Shown here piece by piece: positions 28,396 through 41,998 of a stretch of 64,000 nucleotides of DNA. The position numbers were made by a program, and so were the translations under genes. Each line of letters begins with the position of its first letter. Position 1 is the stretch's first letter. This DNA is from Eledone cirrhosa (Eukaryota): NCBI GenBank assembly GCA_964016885.1, contig OZ024740.1, forward strand, positions 266,538,001 to 266,602,000. The letters are read 5' to 3'. Under the pieces are notes generated by a model that was not told the DNA's origin, did no database searches, and saw only the letters and a program-made list of their open reading frames with translations.

Positions 28396-28402
<7 letters not shown>
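25714..28402 (+). mobile_element. 5'-truncated Penelope-like element (family A; RT plus GIY-YIG, with stops and deletions) with 3' pLTR, flanked by (TA)n
   Basis: ORF pieces 25811-27870 with RPVCGAN, YSRYVED, HYAKPM, FVDATPGG, NVVYSIRC...YIGETAR. Closely similar to 51955-54716. Confidence 0.92.
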
Positions 28403-28435
<33 letters not shown>

Positions 28436-28748
28436 CGTAAAACTAATATATTTTTTCATTGTACTGTGTTGTTTGCTTTGTTTATTATGCTTACTTTTTA
28501 CATACATATATATACATGCATACATATATTCCTTCTGGAATGTTTTATTAAATATCACTCTGTTGACATGTATTTTATCAGTTGACTATTGAAGAGTAAC
28601 ACAAGAGTCTATTAGAAACATATCCTTGTATTTTGACCAAGTAATTCTAATCCAACAAGGATGTTAGTATTTTTCCACCAGCACGTTGTTCAAATTTTTA
28701 CAAACACAAAATTCCATATTTGCTTTCATGAGGCAGTCGTCCTTCAGC

Positions 28749-30464
28749 ATATCTCTCCTCCCTTCTGTACGTATTGACTCTCGAGCCTTTACTGAGGAAG
28801 TTGGAGTTGTTGCAGGGTATCCCCCTGGAACCAGGATTGAGCAAAGCGGTGTCGGCCTACGCCGATGACGTAACAGTAATGGTATCAACCGACTCGGAGA
28901 TCGAGGCGATCGGTACCTTACTGGAGGAGTACGAAAGGTTGTCAGGAGCGAAACTGAACCGGGAAAAATCCATCGGGCTGCAACTCGGAACGTGGAGAGG
29001 CAGACCGATGCCTCCCGATGGTGTCGTCGGACACTGGACGGAGGGCCCGGTAAAGTTGCTTGGGGTCTGGTTTGGACCGGACCTCCAGGTGGAAAAGAAC
29101 TGGAACGAGGTTACGAACAAGGTGTTTGCACTAACCCAGAAATGGGCCAAGTGTAAGCTGTCCCTAAAAGGCCGGGCGGAGGTGGCGAACATTTACATAG
29201 CGTCCGTCACTTACTACCGCCTGACTGTCGTGCCTTGCCCTAAGGAAACACTCACCACCATGGAACGCATGCTCTTCCAATTTCTTTGGAAGAAGCGTCC
29301 TCCTATGGTGAGAAGATCCATCTGCTGCCAACAACCTTCGAAAGGAGGGCTGGGGATGCCGTGGTTGATGATGCGTAGGCACGCATTAAGGCTACGGCAC
29401 CTACAGGTATTCCTCACTGGTCAACCGGTGTGGGCTCCGTTCGTGAAACGAGCCTTTCCGAGACTCGTCTCACTCACCGAGCTACAGTCCTGGGTCAAGC
29501 AAAGATCCGGAAAACTGGGAGACTGGCACACTGAGTGTGCTCAGGCGCTCAGGGCTCTCTGGCAAGCGGGCCGGGCCATCGGTGGAGAATCCACCTCATC
29601 ATTCTATAGAGGGCTGGTGGCTAGCAGGGGCGATGACACCCTTGGAGAGTCGCTGGACATGGAAGAAGACGAACTGGCCAGCCTGTTCGGTAGGACTTTC
29701 GGCCCAGGACCAATGGACAACTTCCAGAAGTCACTGGCCTGGCAGTGCTACCGAGGGGCTCTACCCGTTCGAGAGAGGCTCTACAGACACGGGCGCCCGG
29801 GCAGGGATCCCTCAAAAAAGATTTGCCTTAGATGCGTGCGTCACGAAGAAACCGTGGCGCACGCATTGGTGCAATGTCCGGGCGTGGCTGATCTGTGGGG
29901 CTACGCCGAACAACTGCTGTCGCGGGTGGCGCCGATTAAATTGACAGCCGAGTCCGTGATGACAATCAAACCGCCTCTCCTCTTCACAAAGGAAGCAAAG
30001 GCGGTTTTTCTGTGCGTAATAGCCATGTTGAAAGAGGTTGTTTGGTGGACACGATTGAAAGGTCTGAGGTCAGGCAACTTCCTCTCTGGCCATAGTCTGG
30101 TCTACTTCTTCCGATATCACTTCGGAAGAAGGATAAGAATGGAGAGAGAGGTGCTTGGCCACAGGCAGTTTTATGAAAGGTGGGTGATAGTGGCGAGAAT
30201 GGCTCGTGTAAATGGGCCTTCTCTGTATACCATCCTGTAGGTAAAGAAGTAAAGGAGAGGGGAGCACCTTCTCCATGTGCTCCCCGGGCAAAGGATTGCA
30301 CACTTTTTCGGGGGTGTGTGCAACCCCCATCACGTCCCCTCCCTTTTGAGGTTATTTTCGATTATTTTCATGTTACACCCTTTTTACTCGATTATATGTA
30401 AACTCCCCCTTTGTATTTGTCCCTTCTTTTTATGCCTTTATGGTAAATAAAGAAATCTATCTAT
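28749..30464 (+). mobile_element. 5'-truncated Tx1-like LINE (RT C-terminal half, open ORF 28774-30240) ending in (TCTA)2
   Basis: AYADD, GPVKLLGVWFGPDL, GPMDNFQKSLAWQCYRG. Paralogue of ORF2 18241-21687. 3' end is aataaagaaatctatctat. Confidence 0.92.
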
Positions 30465-30484
30465 TTTTCACTCACTCTCCCCAA

Positions 30485-30503
30485 CTCTCTCTCTCTTTCT
30501 CTT

Positions 30504-30554
<51 letters not shown>

Positions 30555-30576
30555 CACACATAGACTATTTATATAA

Positions 30577-30617
<41 letters not shown>

Positions 30618-30977
30618 AGTGTGTGTGTGTGTGTGTTTGTGTCTGTGTTTGTGTCTGTGTGTTTGTGTGTGTGTCTGTGTGTGTCTGTGTCTGTGTGTGT
30701 CTCTGTGTGTCTGTGTTTGTGTCTGTGTCTGTGTGTGTGTGTGTGTATCTGTGTTTGTGTCTGTGTCTGTGTCTGTGTGTGTCTGTGTGTGTGTGTGTGT
30801 ATCTGTGTGTGTATGTACGCAAAGAAGTAAGCAGAAATAACAAAGCAAACGACACAGCACATTGAAGAAATATATTATTATATATACACATACTAAACAC
30901 ACACACACATACACAATTTGCAGCTATTTGTTATTTCTTCTTCTTCTTCTTCTTCTTCTTCTTCTTCTTCTTCTTCT
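30485..30977. repeat. Compound (CT)n/(TA)n/(TG,TGTCTG)n/(CTT)n microsatellites
   Basis: Directly visible. Confidence 0.95.
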
Positions 30978-32014
30978 AATGGCGTAATTGCTATAGTGTT
31001 ATTTCTCCTTAATGACCATGTAAGGCTATACTCACTAAGGCAGGAGTGGTGGAATTAGGGAAGGAAAAGAACCACTTGAAGACTTCCTCTTCGTGAATTG
31101 TAAATATCCTAGTAGAGGCCCCATTTCTCTAGAAGCGATACACAAAGGGAGCCTGGAAATCAGCACTGCTAACTACTAAAACACTCTTCAAATCTACACA
31201 ACATTCGCAATATATAGTTACTATCATCATCACCATAGTCGTTTCGGCTCTCTGATCTCTGAGTTCAAATCCCGCAGAGGTCAACTTTGCCTTTCATCCA
31301 TTCAAGGTCGATTAAAAAGTACCAGACTAGCACTAATGTCGAGTCTCCTTTTATATCTCTTTCTCATTCTCTATATCCTCCTCTGAAAGAAATCTGCTGG
31401 CTGTATTCAGTCCTGGAGAGGTGATGGGCTCCACCAGGTTTAAAAAGTGTCCAAGAAAGGCTATTTGTCAACACGGCGCCCCTACTACTCCCTAAGGAAT
31501 TATGGGACCATGCCATGCCATGATCACCACCAAGCAGAAGCTTAACTTTGGAAAATAGTGCCTAAGACAAGCAGGGAAATTGCACCTCTGCCCAAACATC
31601 TGAGACCTAACTTTCAGATAGCCATAAACTCAGCTCAAAATTACCAATCATGTTCGTTAGTTTTTTTTTAATTGTAAAAAATACAAACATTTTATTCATG
31701 TGTTTATTAATTTATATTTATATGGTTTAATGATCCAGCCACATGAGTGCTTCTCACCCATGATGATCAAACTCAGATCATACATCTGAAGAAGTTTCTT
31801 TTTACACTCTCCGACCACAGCTTATCTGACTTTAATAATAGGGACCCCCCCCCTCATGTGGCACCCATGACACGTGTCATGTTTGCCATACCTTAGTTAT
31901 GCCTCTGTCACCGAGTGGTACCTTGTCATACCAATATGAAGTATTTCGGAATAAAATGATGTTACTGGGATATTATCTACTAATTCTTTTTGGGGTCTTG
32001 AAATATCAAATAAT

Positions 32015-32240
32015 GGTTTCTCATTTAGGCATAAGGCCAACAATTTTTTTTTTTTTTCTTTGCGGGGGTCGGTCGATTAAATCGACCCAGGTACGTTACA
32101 GGTACTTTATTTTATCAATCCCCGCAAGGATGAAAGGCAAATCTAACCTCGGCGAGATTTGAACACAGAACAAAGGGACATAACTATGCCACGTAGCATG
32201 GTCTCCGATGCTCTACCGATACTGTCAATCCATCGCCCTT
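32015..32240 (-). mobile_element. tRNA-derived SINE
   Basis: Reverse complement of the family consensus seen at 34880-35096. Confidence 0.75.
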
Positions 32241-32289
32241 TTCTATGACATAATGGTTACTGATATTGTTATTTAGTCCACGGTCACGA

Positions 32290-32492
32290 TGGTTGATTAG
32301 CAGAATCGGTAGAGCGTCGGACAAATGCTTGGCAGTGTTTGTTTGAGTTCAAATCCCACCAAGGTCAACTTTGCTTTTCATCCTTCCTGGATCAATAATA
32401 TAAAGTACCAGTCATGGACTTTGGTCGATATAGTCGACATTCACTTCCCACACCCCAAAATGTATGGCCCTGTGTCTATGTTAGAAACAGTT
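32290..32492 (+). mobile_element. tRNA-derived SINE
   Basis: gcagaatcggtagagcg (A box), gagttcaaatc (B box), caactttgcttttcatcc core, tagaaac tail. Confidence 0.75.
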
Positions 32493-32564
32493 ATTTGATC
32501 GAAACTTCAGTTGATGGGCTGCTATCTTTCCGATTGTACAATCGGAAAGATAGCAGCTCATCTG

Positions 32565-32655
32565 AGGAAGGAGCCACGTGAGGTGGGGTGGCTGTTGCAG
32601 CGGGTGTCGCTGGTCATTTTCCGCGGAAATGCCTTCTCCATTGTGTCTGCGGTTT
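32565..32655 (+). pseudogene. CRE-like retrotransposon C-terminal remnant
   Basis: Translates as EPREVGWLLQRVSLVIFRGNAFSIVSA, matching the end of the 56790-57215 fragment. Confidence 0.6.
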
Positions 32656-33067
32656 ACACTGAAACATACTGCTCAGACTAAGGTGTAGAGATTGACACTC
32701 CTTCCCTCTTTCCCCTTTTTTACGTTGCTTAGTTTCATTTTTGTTTTTCTTATTCTTCTTTTCCTCCTCTCACTTTTTCGCTATTTACGTTGAACACTGA
32801 TTGAGCAAATTTATATGTGTCCATCCTACCATTGTATAAGCTATGTATGGACTGATAACTTTTGATGGTGTCGTAAGGCGCCGTCTTAGACATTTTAAAA
32901 CCTGACGGTACCCATCTTCTCTCCAGGTCTGAATACAACCAATTTCTCTTATATTTACTTCCTTCAGTTTAGTAATAAATAATGCAGTTTTGAAAATGCA
33001 AAAATCAAACTTGCCCTGTCTTGCCTGTCATCTTTTCTTCTCAGATAGTCTGACCACCCTGAAGTAT

Positions 33068-33185
33068 AATTGTTTCTACTTTAGGCACAAGGCCAGCAAT
33101 TACCCAGTGCATTACTGGTACTTTATTTTATCGACCCTGTAAGGATGAAAGGCAAAGTCAACCTCGACGGGATTTGAACTCAGAA
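33068..33185 (-). mobile_element. Truncated tRNA-derived SINE
   Basis: Nearly identical to 39045-39160. Confidence 0.8.
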
Positions 33186-33189
33186 TAAT

Positions 33190-34170
33190 GACGGAGGGGT
33201 ATGCCTCATCGCGCTGGGCAACGTCTTTCGACGACTTGCCACCAGGATAGCTTGCAAGTCAGTTAAAGACGACCTGGGCGAAGTATTAAGCCCTGTCCAG
33301 CTCGGAGTAGGAATCAAGTGCGAATATTAGGCTGCAGCTCATGCAGCCAGACACCTTCTTGTGAAGCTGGACATGAGAAACGCCTTCAACAGCGGCAGGC
33401 AAGATTACGTCCAAGAGACGTGTCTCTGACGACCCGCCCTTCCATTTACCCCCTCACTCACCTCTCGTACGATAGACCCAGCTTACTTATGTCTGCTGAT
33501 TACAGGGTTAATTCCGCTACTGGTGTCCAAAAGGGAGACCCACTCGGACCACATATCTTCGCGTTGACAGTCGATGACGTTGGCCGCTCGGTCTGGTCAC
33601 CCCTCAACGTTTAGTATCTGGACGACGTGAGCCTGGGTAGCTCAGCCGAGATGGTAGTTGGGGACCTTCGGCAAATGATCTCAGCTCTAAAGCTCCTCGG
33701 ACTCGAGATCAACCCATCCAAGTCAGAGGTGACAAACGTTAGCTACGGAGATACCGAATTCCACGACGCTGTACTCAGCACACACCACGTCCTGTCTGGG
33801 GATTGGCTAACGTCCAAAGACACCGCCTGTATTCTCGGCTCTCCAATTCTCTAGAAAACCAAAAGAGAATGCTTGGAGACTAAATATGCAGATTTGTCCC
33901 GAATGGCGGAGAGACTGGATCTCACTGACGCTCACTCGGTGTGTCACCCCCATGTAGATCTTCTCGGTGAACTCGAAGCCACCATTCGACGCTGTGCAGA
34001 ACTCATCTGCAATGTTAGTTTCGACAGCTGCGGCTGGCAGTAGGCGAAGTTCCCAGCGAGGCTTCGTGGCCTCGGCCTCTAATCTGCTTCGGATCTGGCA
34101 CTACTGGCCTACCTTTCATTAATTTCATCAAGTCGCGCTCTCGTCAACGAGATCCTCATCAAGATGGCCG
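33190..34170 (+). pseudogene. CRE-like non-LTR retrotransposon RT fragment (decayed)
   Basis: GNVFRRLA..ACKSV, PVQLGVG, AAAHAAR, KLDMRNAFNS, GVQKGDPLGP, YLDD, GLEINPSKSE across frames. Confidence 0.85.
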
Positions 34171-34174
34171 AACC

Positions 34175-34877
34175 TGTTCGAGATGCGCGCAGGGCGACGA
34201 AACCATCCAGCGCGCATTCGTTCAGTGCCCGAGGATTGCTGACTTGCGAAGCTATGTTGAACAGTTGCTGTCGCGTGTAGGACGGATCCGGTTATCGACT
34301 GAGTCCATTGTGCAGATAGCCGCGCCATCCTCCTTTAAAGAGGAGGAAGGGCAGGCAGTTTGTATCTGCCTGGTGGCCATGGCGAAAGGGATTGTGTGGT
34401 GGACAAGGTTGAAAGGGTTGAAGACGGACACTTTCCTCTCCGGCCAATCCCTGATTAACTTTTTCAAGTTTCACTTGAAGAGAAAAATCAGGGTGGAGAG
34501 GCAAGTGCTGTCTTCTAGTAAGTTTGTTGGAAGGTGGGTGAAAGTGACGAGTCTGGTCCGAGTAATCGGGCCCGCTCTGAGTATGCGCCTGTAGACTGAG
34601 GAGTGGGAAAACTGAGAGAGAGCGCTTGTCCTGGTGGTCAGGGTGGCCGTGGTATTTTGTGTGGTTTTCGCCACGAGTGACTCTCGGAGGTTTCCCCCTT
34701 TTTGGGGAATTTTTATTGTTTTAATTTTTTTTATTTCTATCTTGTTATAGCCTGTTTACACGGCCCAAACCCGCTTTGTATCGTCCTGTACCGTTCTGTG
34801 CGGTCTGTAATGTTTTTTCTTCATGTTAGACCCCTGTAGCCAATAAAGAAACGATTATTATTATTATTATTATTATT
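34175..34877 (+). mobile_element. Tx1-like LINE 3' fragment (subfamily with (ATT)n tail)
   Basis: SYVEQLLSRVG...WWTRLKGL...FFKFHLKRKIRVER. Ends aataaagaaacg(att)n. Confidence 0.85.
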
Positions 34878-34879
34878 TA

Positions 34880-35096
34880 AGGGCGGTGAATTGGCAGCAT
34901 CGGTAGAGGGTCGAACGCCATGCTTTGACGCATAGAGTTACGGCCCTTGCCATTCTGAGTTCAAATCCCACCGAGGTTAACTTTGCCTTTCATCCTTACG
35001 GGGGGGGAGTCTCGATAGAATAAAGTACCTGTAATACACTGGAATAATTGCTGGCCTTGTGCCAAAAGTAGAAACAATTATTATTATTATTATTAT
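34880..35096 (+). mobile_element. Full-length tRNA-derived SINE with (ATT)n tail
   Basis: ggcggtgaattggcagcatcggtag (A box), gagttcaaatccc (B box), ctttgcctttcatcc...tcgata...aaagtacc central domain, ggccttgtgccaaaagtagaaaca(att)n. Confidence 0.85.
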
Positions 35097-36630
35097 GTTG
35101 GTGGGCTTGCAGTTCGGCACCTGGAGAGGCAAGTCCATGCCGTCCGACAGCGTCGTGGGACGTTCGACAGACGGGCCGGTTAAATTGCTCGGGGTCTGGT
35201 TCGGACCGAACCTCCAGATGGAGAAAAACTGGAGCGCGGTTTCGAGCAAGGTGGCCTCTCTCACCCAGAAATGGGCCGAGAGGAAGCTGTCCATGAAAGG
35301 CCGGGTGGAGGTGGCGAATGCGTACATCGCATCCGTCATCTGCTACCGCCTCACCGTCGTCCCTTGCCCCGGCCCAACTCTCACCAAAATGGAGCGCCTC
35401 CTCTTCCGCTTTTTGTGGAAGGGACGCGCTCCCATGGTCAGACGACCCATCTGCTGTCAACACCTGTTGCGTGGAGGACTGGGAATGCCATGGCTGATGA
35501 TGCGCAAACATGCGCTGAGGCTGCGACATCTCTGGTGCTTCCTTGACGGTGAACAGGTGTGGTCGCCGTTCGCCAGGCACGTTTTCCCACAGCTCGTCTC
35601 CTTGGTGGAGCTGCAGTCCTGGGTCAGGTAAAGACCGAGGGATAGCGCTTGGAAACTGGAATGTCTCCAGGCGCTCACGTATCTCTGCCAGCTGGGCACC
35701 AGTATTGGTGGAGCATCCACCTCGGCGTTCTATAGAGGACTAGTGGAGGGGAAGAGCGACGACGTTCTCGGAGAGATCCTGGGCGTCGAAGATCTGCTGT
35801 TTGCTCTCTTCCGGAGAACTTTCAGCCCTGGGCCTATGGATAACTTCCAAAAATCCCTGGCCTGGCAGTGCTACCGGGGAGTGTTGCCGGTTCGAGATAA
35901 GCTCTACAGGCACGGAAGAGCCGTCAGCCGAGCCTGTCCGAGATGCGCGCAGAGCGACGAAACCGTCGTGCACGCACTCGTTCAGTGCCCGAGCATTGCT
36001 GACTTGTGGAGCTATGTCGAACAGTTGGTCTCGCGTGTAGGACTGATCCGGTTATCGACTGAGTCCATTGTGCAGATGGCCTCGCCGTCTTCCTTCGAGG
36101 AGGAAGGGCAGGCAGTTTTCATCTGCCTGGTGGCCATGGCGAAAGAGATTGTGTGGTGGACAAGTTTGAAAGGGTTAAATACAGACACTTTCCTCTTCGA
36201 CGAATCCCTAATTAACTTTTTCAAGTTTCACTTGAAGAGGAAAATCAGGGTGGAGAGGCAAGTGCTGCCTTCTAGCAAGTTTGTTGAAAGGTGGGTGAAT
36301 GTAGCGAGAATGGGACCGCTCTGAATATACGCCTGTAGTTTGAGAAATGGAAAAATTGAGAGAGGGCGCTTGCCCTGGTGGTCAGGGTGGCCGTGGTCTT
36401 TTGTGTGATTTTCACCACGAGTAACCCTCGGAGGTTTCCCCCCTATTGGGGAATTTTTCATTGTTTCAATTTTCATTTTTATTGTTTATATATATATATG
36501 TTTCTATGTCTTTTTTTCTTTTCTTATATAAATAATAAAAATCTTTACACGCACAAAACCCACATCATACCGTCCTGTACCATCCTGTGCCGTCTGTAAT
36601 GTTTTTCTTGATGTCAGCCCTTGAAAGAAA

Positions 36631-36675
<45 letters not shown>
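35097..36675 (+). mobile_element. 5'-truncated Tx1-like LINE (disrupted) inserted in an (ATT)n tract
   Basis: GLQFGTWRG...GPVKLLGVWFGP, GPMDNFQKSLAWQCYRG, CPRC..HALVQC with in-frame stops. (ATT)n lies on both sides. Confidence 0.88.
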
Positions 36676-36676
<1 letters not shown>

Positions 36677-38165
36677 ATTCAAAGTAAAGATATCATGAAT
36701 GATACAATATCAAACATATGTCTTGTCCCAAAAAACAGACAAGATAGAATTCAGAGAATAAAATCGAGCCTTAATCATTATAAGAAAATGAATGAAATAT
36801 ACCCATACACACATAAGTGTGTATTAAGATATATCAAAACTTAAACTAGAGACAATCTGCATTGAATATAAGACGTTTATTAATTAGACGTTTATTAATA
36901 ACTCTGAGCGTGAAACAATATTGTCTCAGATTAAAAATTCTTGTAATGCTTTTATTATTTATACTATTATTAACATTAGATTAAGGGTTTCTACCTTAAC
37001 ATTGAAATTGTTAACCTGATCTCTTGTTGAGTACGTATGACCTTTAGATTGTTTAAATTTATTTAATTTTGGTTTTTGTATTTTCTAAATCTTATATCTT
37101 ATATATTCGATACCTTTAATGTATTCAGACTTGTAAACCGTTTAATTACTTGAATGGTTGTTTAAGATCCACGAGGATATGATTATATATTTATAGTATA
37201 AAAGTCTCCTTAGATCCAAGTTGATAAATTTTTTTGTTGTACTTAAATTGATGTAAAATTTTAAATACAGTAAAATATAGTTGAATCAAATTTATAACAC
37301 TCTTAACAGTAATTATACTATATATAAGTGACTAATATCGTCTTAAACCTTAAAATTTATAGTCTATATATAAATTATACAAATGTGTATATCTAGATAA
37401 ATCTGGTTTAATAATATCTTATTAAATACATTTATAATGCTTTATGACTTATTAATAACATCTTAATTTTAATGTTTTTTTACTAATATATTGATTATAT
37501 TCTTAATTTTAATATACTTTTAAATATACTAGTGATTACCTTTGGCGTTATGATAAACATAAATTTATCTCTTTCACGTTACATTTGCTTGAACTCTGAT
37601 ATAATACAATATAAATCCTTTAAAATTTTATAGTCTAAAATCTTATGTCATTTGATTAATTGACTATTTCTAATTAACTTAAGATTTGAAAATAAACGGT
37701 CACGCATCATGTGCCTAAATACTCCCCCCCCCCCCCTCTATCTAATTATACGCTATTTATATGTTACAATGCATATCTTCCTCCCTTTGTTTATACAATT
37801 TAACTTATTTTCCTCTCTCTATCATTTGACCATTTCTCCCTTCTCTTGTTCCTACGATCAAATCTCCTTCTTTTTCTCCCTTTCCTCCTGATTTGCTATC
37901 TTGATCTCTCACTTCTACTATCTACAATAATGAGGTATGAATATATTATTATTATTTAAATTTTTAACAGTTATATAAGTTTATGTATTATATATTATTA
38001 GTTATTTATATATATTTATACACATTCTCATACGCACCCTCTATATTATATGTAATTTTTCATGTTTCAACTTAAGGTATATAAATATTGAGTTTTGTCA
38101 TAACTAATCACTGCCATGACTAAATTATAACCATCAACATAGTCAAGGTATGTCAGGCATCAACT

Positions 38166-38231
38166 TATTTTATCTGATGATGACGTACTGTTGAAATAGC
38201 TCAGTACCTCTGAAATATGTATAATAAAATA
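38166..38231 (+). ncRNA. Hammerhead ribozyme at the end of a long AT-rich (probable PLE 3') region
   Basis: tattttat-CTGATGA-tgacgtactg...cagtacctct-GAAA-tatgtat-A-ataaaata, with a perfect 8-bp stem I. Confidence 0.8.
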
Positions 38232-38364
38232 TATTTGATCACATGAATGTCTATATTTATTAATATTTTGAAGTAATATTTATAACTCCAGAAAACCTCT
38301 GTAGACTGCTTCTAATCTATTGTGAAACTTTATTCATTGATGAATTCATTGAACCTTGTTAAAC

Positions 38365-38399
<35 letters not shown>

Positions 38400-38563
38400 A
38401 TGAATGAACAGTGAGTTACGTGAAAAACCCAAACACATGCACATTTATTTTACATTTTAAGATAACAAATCTGTAAATTCTACGCATATACAAATGCTTA
38501 GAAAACTTCCCCATTTATCGGTGCCAAATGGAAATTTCCTATTGCTTTTATATAATTAATATT

Positions 38564-38729
<166 letters not shown>

Positions 38730-38854
38730 TCTACTAAAATATACGGTAGTGTCCAATCCGTATGAAGAACTCAATGTAATCCAAATATCATGAAAAGAGA
38801 AGATGTATTCAAAAATTATTTCGATGAAAATCACAGGAAAACAGAGTCAAGATA

Positions 38855-40102
38855 AATTAATAAAAACAATGAATAAAAACAAAGAAACAGTTCCTTATAT
38901 TAAAAAATTCATCATTTTACGATCGTTTCTAGGATATATATATGTGTGTTGGTATGTATATCATATAGATCTATGTAAAAATTTTCAAAACTATCAGAGG
39001 GAATATACATACCTACACATATATATGCTGTCTTCAGAAATAATTGTTTCTACTTTTGGCACAAGGCCAGCAATTACCCATTACATTACTGGTACTTTAT
39101 TTTATCGACCCCGTAAGGATGAAAGGCAAAGTTAACCTCGACGGGATTTAAACTCAGACCGTAAAGGGACGTAACTATGCTGGAAAGCATGGCGTCCGAC
39201 TCTCTACCGATACTGCCAATCAGAAATAATGATATTTGTTTATTGAAAAAAAAACAACAAAGATTTAATATAATAGGTCTGTTTGAGAACAGGTTTTGAA
39301 TTGACCAATAGAAAAGTAGTAAGTGGTCAAGTTGATAGAATAGTAGTAGTAGAAATTAATTTAGGGGTAGAGGAATGCAGACTTCAGTTTTGAATAGAAG
39401 GAATGCTTTGAATGAAAAGATTACTTTTGGGATGAAAAGAGGTCAAGCCGGTGAAAGGTACACGTAAATTTGATGTTATTAAAGAATAATGCTAATGTTA
39501 AAATCGAAGGAGAATAACATTTTAGGATAAATGTGTTAGTGAGAAATACCAATCTTATTTAAAACATAAGGAATTTAGATCTATAAAAAGAAATTAAATT
39601 AATTTAATTGATAGGTATACTTATAGGGATAAATTTATATTAATTCAAATAGATGTGATAAATAAGAGTTAGATGTAATTAAAGAATGGTGTTATAAACG
39701 AAGGAAAAAAAACGAAGAAAAAAAAAAAAATGGGGGGGGGGGGTAAATGTATTAGTGAGAAATAACAAACTTATATAGACTACAAAGAATTTAGATTCAT
39801 AACAGGAAATTAAAATAGTTTATATGTATACTTATAGGTATTAATTTTAGGAAAAGATAGCTGTAAAAGGGAAATAAAATTATAAAGTTCTTAGTAGTAA
39901 AATACTAATTATAGGTTCACTAAATTTAAAAAACTAATTATAATAATTTGTAAAATATAAGTGTAAGGTGTATATTAATTAGGTTTATAATATTTGAAAG
40001 TTCTTCTAATTCTATGATTACACGATATAATTAATTCTTGTCGCTTATTTAATAGGATATCCTTAGATTTCATTATTTCAAAAAGTTCCAATCCCGCCGA
40101 GG
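38855..40102 (-). mobile_element. Second copy of the PLE 3' end/pLTR at 1880-2895
   Basis: Reverse complement aligns end to end with 1880-2895, including the long-stem-II hammerhead (38909-39044). Confidence 0.9.
39045..39219 (-). mobile_element. tRNA-derived SINE inserted into hammerhead stem I
   Basis: Target-site duplication tcagaaataat at 39034-39044 and 39220-39230. Confidence 0.88.
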
Positions 40103-40909
40103 AATCTATGTTTACATGCAGTAACCAGTTCATCTTTCTTGTTTAGGAGTTGGTCCGTCGAAAACAGCATTTGTAAAGTTTCCTCCGAGCATAAATTGCA
40201 CGGACGGCGTCTTCGACGGACCAACTCCTAAACAAGAAAGATGAACTGGTTACTGCATGTAAACATAGATTGCGTAGGACTTACCTCGCCCTCAAACCCC
40301 ATAATGACCCGGGGGGGGGTAGACTAGGGCTATAACACCCCAGTTGCTGATTTTGCAATAGGTAACCCCTGCTTGCCAAGGAAGACGTAAGATCTTCTTT
40401 GTATTCTTTTATCGCTTCCTTTATTTCCTTCCCCCCTCTCCCCTTTGTCCTTCTACCCCAGCTCTTCTCCTTTGTCGGCGTCTTTTCTCGCCCACCCGAG
40501 GCTGCCCTTTGGCCCCATGTAGCCTTAGTACCCCCACCCCCCCTCCCCTAGTCTTTGATAGATTTGGCGGACTCCGCCCTTTATAGCAGTTGGCTTAGAC
40601 CCCGGATACATTCCCCCTTTTTCCGACCGCTCCCACTATTCTCTGTGCCCTCTATATTTCTTAGTGGCACTTATGCCTTATTTTTTCGTTTCAGTATTTC
40701 TTGCTTCGCTTTTCTTCTGGGCGGGGTGGATTCTGAATTTATTTCTCCGTATTCTACCTTTATTTCGTACGAACTTTCATGTAGCTTGTTTTAGATCTTT
40801 TAGAGTTAGCATTAGTATATATTTTTCTCGGGACTCAGAATTATTATCTCGTACAAGTTCACTTTGCTGCACTGGGTCGTTGCTGGCCCGGGATGGAAAC
40901 CTTTATTGT

Positions 40910-41898
<989 letters not shown>

Positions 41899-41929
41899 AG
41901 ATCAAAAGATGGTTAAAGGAGTTCCATAT

Positions 41930-41998
41930 ATTTTATTATGCGCATTTCAAAAACAAACATCATCAAGCAATAATATTTGTGTTTTCATCAGATAAAAC
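41930..41998 (-). ncRNA. Hammerhead ribozyme (inverted copy)
   Basis: Reverse complement of 42641-42709. Confidence 0.85.

Noticed and set aside
36676-36930. Possible GIY-YIG C-terminal remnant upstream of the 38166 hammerhead
   Set aside because: Too degenerate to support by eye; it would need a profile search.
40300-40390. Possible HDV-like ribozyme or RTE 5' end
   Set aside because: No convincing P3/L3/J4-2 arrangement could be drawn.
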